Part shown: piece after piece, positions 62,088-64,000 of the stretch | How the letters are laid out: every line of letters starts with the position of its first letter | Position numbering within the stretch: the stretch's first letter is position 1 | Virus record (IMG/VR): IMGVR_UViG_3300028886_000037 | Coordinates: 160,001-224,000 of that record | Origin: a virus | Taxonomy: Duplodnaviria > Caudoviricetes | Length of the DNA stretch: 64,000 nt | Direction: 5' to 3' (one strand) | Translations under genes and position numbers: made by a program | Notes under the pieces: model-generated | Databases searched by the model: none | Told to the model about the DNA's origin: nothing | What the model saw: the letters and a program-made list of their open reading frames with translations, nothing else

Positions 62088-62835
62088 TAGAGAATCCTAC
62101 CTCTGCGATCAGTGTGAATCTTGAACTCTACGAGCTCATCTTCCTTAGTCTCGGAAGAACGGTACAGTTCGATCAACTTTGCGCCGAGTGCGCCGATTTC
62201 CTTCTTGTTCATCTTCAATGAGACAGTGTGCGTGAAGGTAGCGATCGCAGCCTGATTGAGGTAGCGCTTAGCTTCCTGATACTTCTTACGAGCAGCAGTC
62301 AGATTTTTGTAGAGTTTCTGGATCATCTCGATCGTGTTAGAGTTCATGCGCATGACCTTGTAAGCCTTGAACTTATTGTAGGCCTGCTTAGCGTCATGAT
62401 ACTCCCTTCGAGCATTTACGAAAGCGACGTGAGCAGCGTTGAACTTACGAGTGTCGATCGTCATGTCTTTCAGTTGTTTTCTGTCGATAATTGACTTCAT
62501 AGTCAATCTCCTTTAAGTTTGGTGTGTAAAATTTAAGTTTATTGTAGAGCTTCTTCTTTCTCTTCTAGTTCTTTAGCTTCGTCGGCAGCGTCGATCTTCT
62601 GTAGGAGATCTTCGAGGCCGACTAGATCATCACGTCTAGCGAGAGCCAAAACGATCTGACGTTCGCACTCGCTCAAGCCATACCATAGCGAGACCATGTT
62701 GTCTGCGAACTTCGGTCGATAGAAGCGATCGTTCTTAGTGCCTTTGAAATAGCGTTCGAGAAAGTTTCTGACCACGGTGAACATCTTCATCATATCAGTA
62801 CCTTTTCCTTTTGTTGTAATTCTGTGGGGAATCAT
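62087..62835 (-). other. two hypothetical genes (62087-62506, 62539-62835)
   Basis: ORF track, RBS. Confidence 0.65.
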
Positions 62836-62863
62836 GTTCCGGACTGTTTCCTCTCTATTTATC

Positions 62864-63721
62864 TCATACTCCGAAGATTACGTTCATGTTGCATTCACCG
62901 ATATGATTAGTGTATTGGAACTTGTTCTCTTTGATAAGCTTGCGTAATGCGTTTTTAGCTACGATCTGTGCTCTGTTTCTCTTCTGCCTTATACGTTCTC
63001 CAGAGAGGCCAAACTCTTCGCCAATTTGATTCTGTGTCTTCCCGTAGAAGTAAGTGTCTTTGATGAGCTTATATTCCTTGCTGTCTAGAATTCCTTTCAG
63101 AAGGATGCCGAACTTTCGATCTTCCTCGTCTGAGTAGATGTTGTCGATCTCCTTGTAGTCTGCCTTTAGCGTGTCCGCGATAGTCATTCTGTCATCGTCG
63201 AACGCGCTATTTCCGTCATACATCGGAATGTCGGTCGATAGAACAATAGGCATCGCATGGAGATATTTTCGTCCTTTGCTGTCTTCAGAAGCGAACTGCT
63301 CGACGCAAAGACGCCGAGCAGCTTCAGCCTTCGAGTACATCGGACAGTGAACCTTGCAGTTCTCGACATAGATCTCTTCTTGAATCTTCTGAGTGATCCA
63401 CCAGATAGCGAATGAGGTAAACTTGACGCCTCTTCTCGGATCATACTTCAGCGTAGCGTTGAACATGCCCATATAGCCAGCTTGGAACATGTCTCCGACG
63501 ACTTTGTTGTATCTCCGTGCATACATATAGGCGACCCCGTAAACGAGCCGTATATGCGATTGTAGGAGCCTATTTCGAGCGGCATTCTGGATAGCCTTGC
63601 CATGCTTCGGATTCATCATGATGGCGATAGTGGCTTCCTCTTCCTTGGGATCCATGTGGATATAGTCTTTCAAGCGTCCACGAATGTAGCTTGAAGAGTC
63701 GACGGAGTCTAGTTCAATCAT
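62864..63721 (-). CDS. sigma-70 family RNA polymerase sigma factor
   Basis: Region 2 (RLV..A, DMFQAG..G, YDPRRGVKFTSFAIWWI) and region 4 HTH (IGEEFGLSGERIRQ). Confidence 0.9.
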   Translation of the reverse strand: MIELDSVDSSSYIRGRLKDYIHMDPKEEEATIAIMMNPKHGKAIQNAARNRLLQSHIRLVYGVAYMYARRYNKVVGDMFQAGYMGMFNATLKYDPRRGVKFTSFAIWWITQKIQEEIYVENCKVHCPMYSKAEAARRLCVEQFASEDSKGRKYLHAMPIVLSTDIPMYDGNSAFDDDRMTIADTLKADYKEIDNIYSDEEDRKFGILLKGILDSKEYKLIKDTYFYGKTQNQIGEEFGLSGERIRQKRNRAQIVAKNALRKLIKENKFQYTNHIGECNMNVIFGV

Positions 63722-64000
63722 AGTAGTTAGCCAAAATATAAGTTTATTTGTCAAATTTATAGCAGCATTCCGACGAAACGCATCAAGCAGATTAGAGAGA
63801 TGCAGTAAGTCAATGGAAACACTATGCCGTCGCAGAACCAGTCTTTGACCTGTTCGTGATACACAATACGGATGAATTCGCGCTCTTGCGGACTCAAGTC
63901 CTTTTCAAGATCGATTTCTTCTATTGTCATTGTTTACCTCATTTCACATTGTTAAAAAGAGGCCCGGTCGGGACCTCTTCTACATTGCTAATTTAGACTT

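Overview
This is a 64-kb segment of a large T4-like (myovirus/jumbo-type) dsDNA phage genome. The basis is a gp21-type prohead protease, a T4-type RNase H, Rnl1- and Rnl2-type RNA ligases, about 20 copies of a T4-early-like promoter (TTTACA/TTTAGA-N16/17-TATATT, almost all on the minus strand) and several TATAAATA late promoters. Most of the window is a dense minus-strand array of small early hypothetical genes. Recognisable genes include RNA/tRNA repair and nucleotide enzymes (CCA-adding enzyme, two ligases, kinase, HAD and metallo-phosphoesterases, DUF2828 TROVE/vWA-like protein, dCMP deaminase, ThyX, dUTPase), a DinG-like helicase, a sigma-70-family factor, an AT-rich glycosyltransferase island, an endolysin/patatin late cassette and a TnpB-only IS200/IS605-type insertion. 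The main unexplained signals are: (1) a dispersed family of mostly late-promoter genes sharing a ~20-aa 'EAxxILxxxGxxV-x-E' tag next to gp21-type cleavage sites (candidate capsid-cargo sorting system); (2) a ~345-nt highly base-paired intergenic RNA divergent from the CCA gene; (3) a DUF2828/Rnl1/kinase/phosphatase cluster with a structured leader RNA; (4) stand-alone fragments of the gp23 major capsid A-domain among early genes; (5) an unannotated RiPP-precursor-like peptide; (6) TnpB fused in frame to a phage gene and flanked by a 13-bp direct repeat. All family assignments come from motif recognition by eye; no database search was run.
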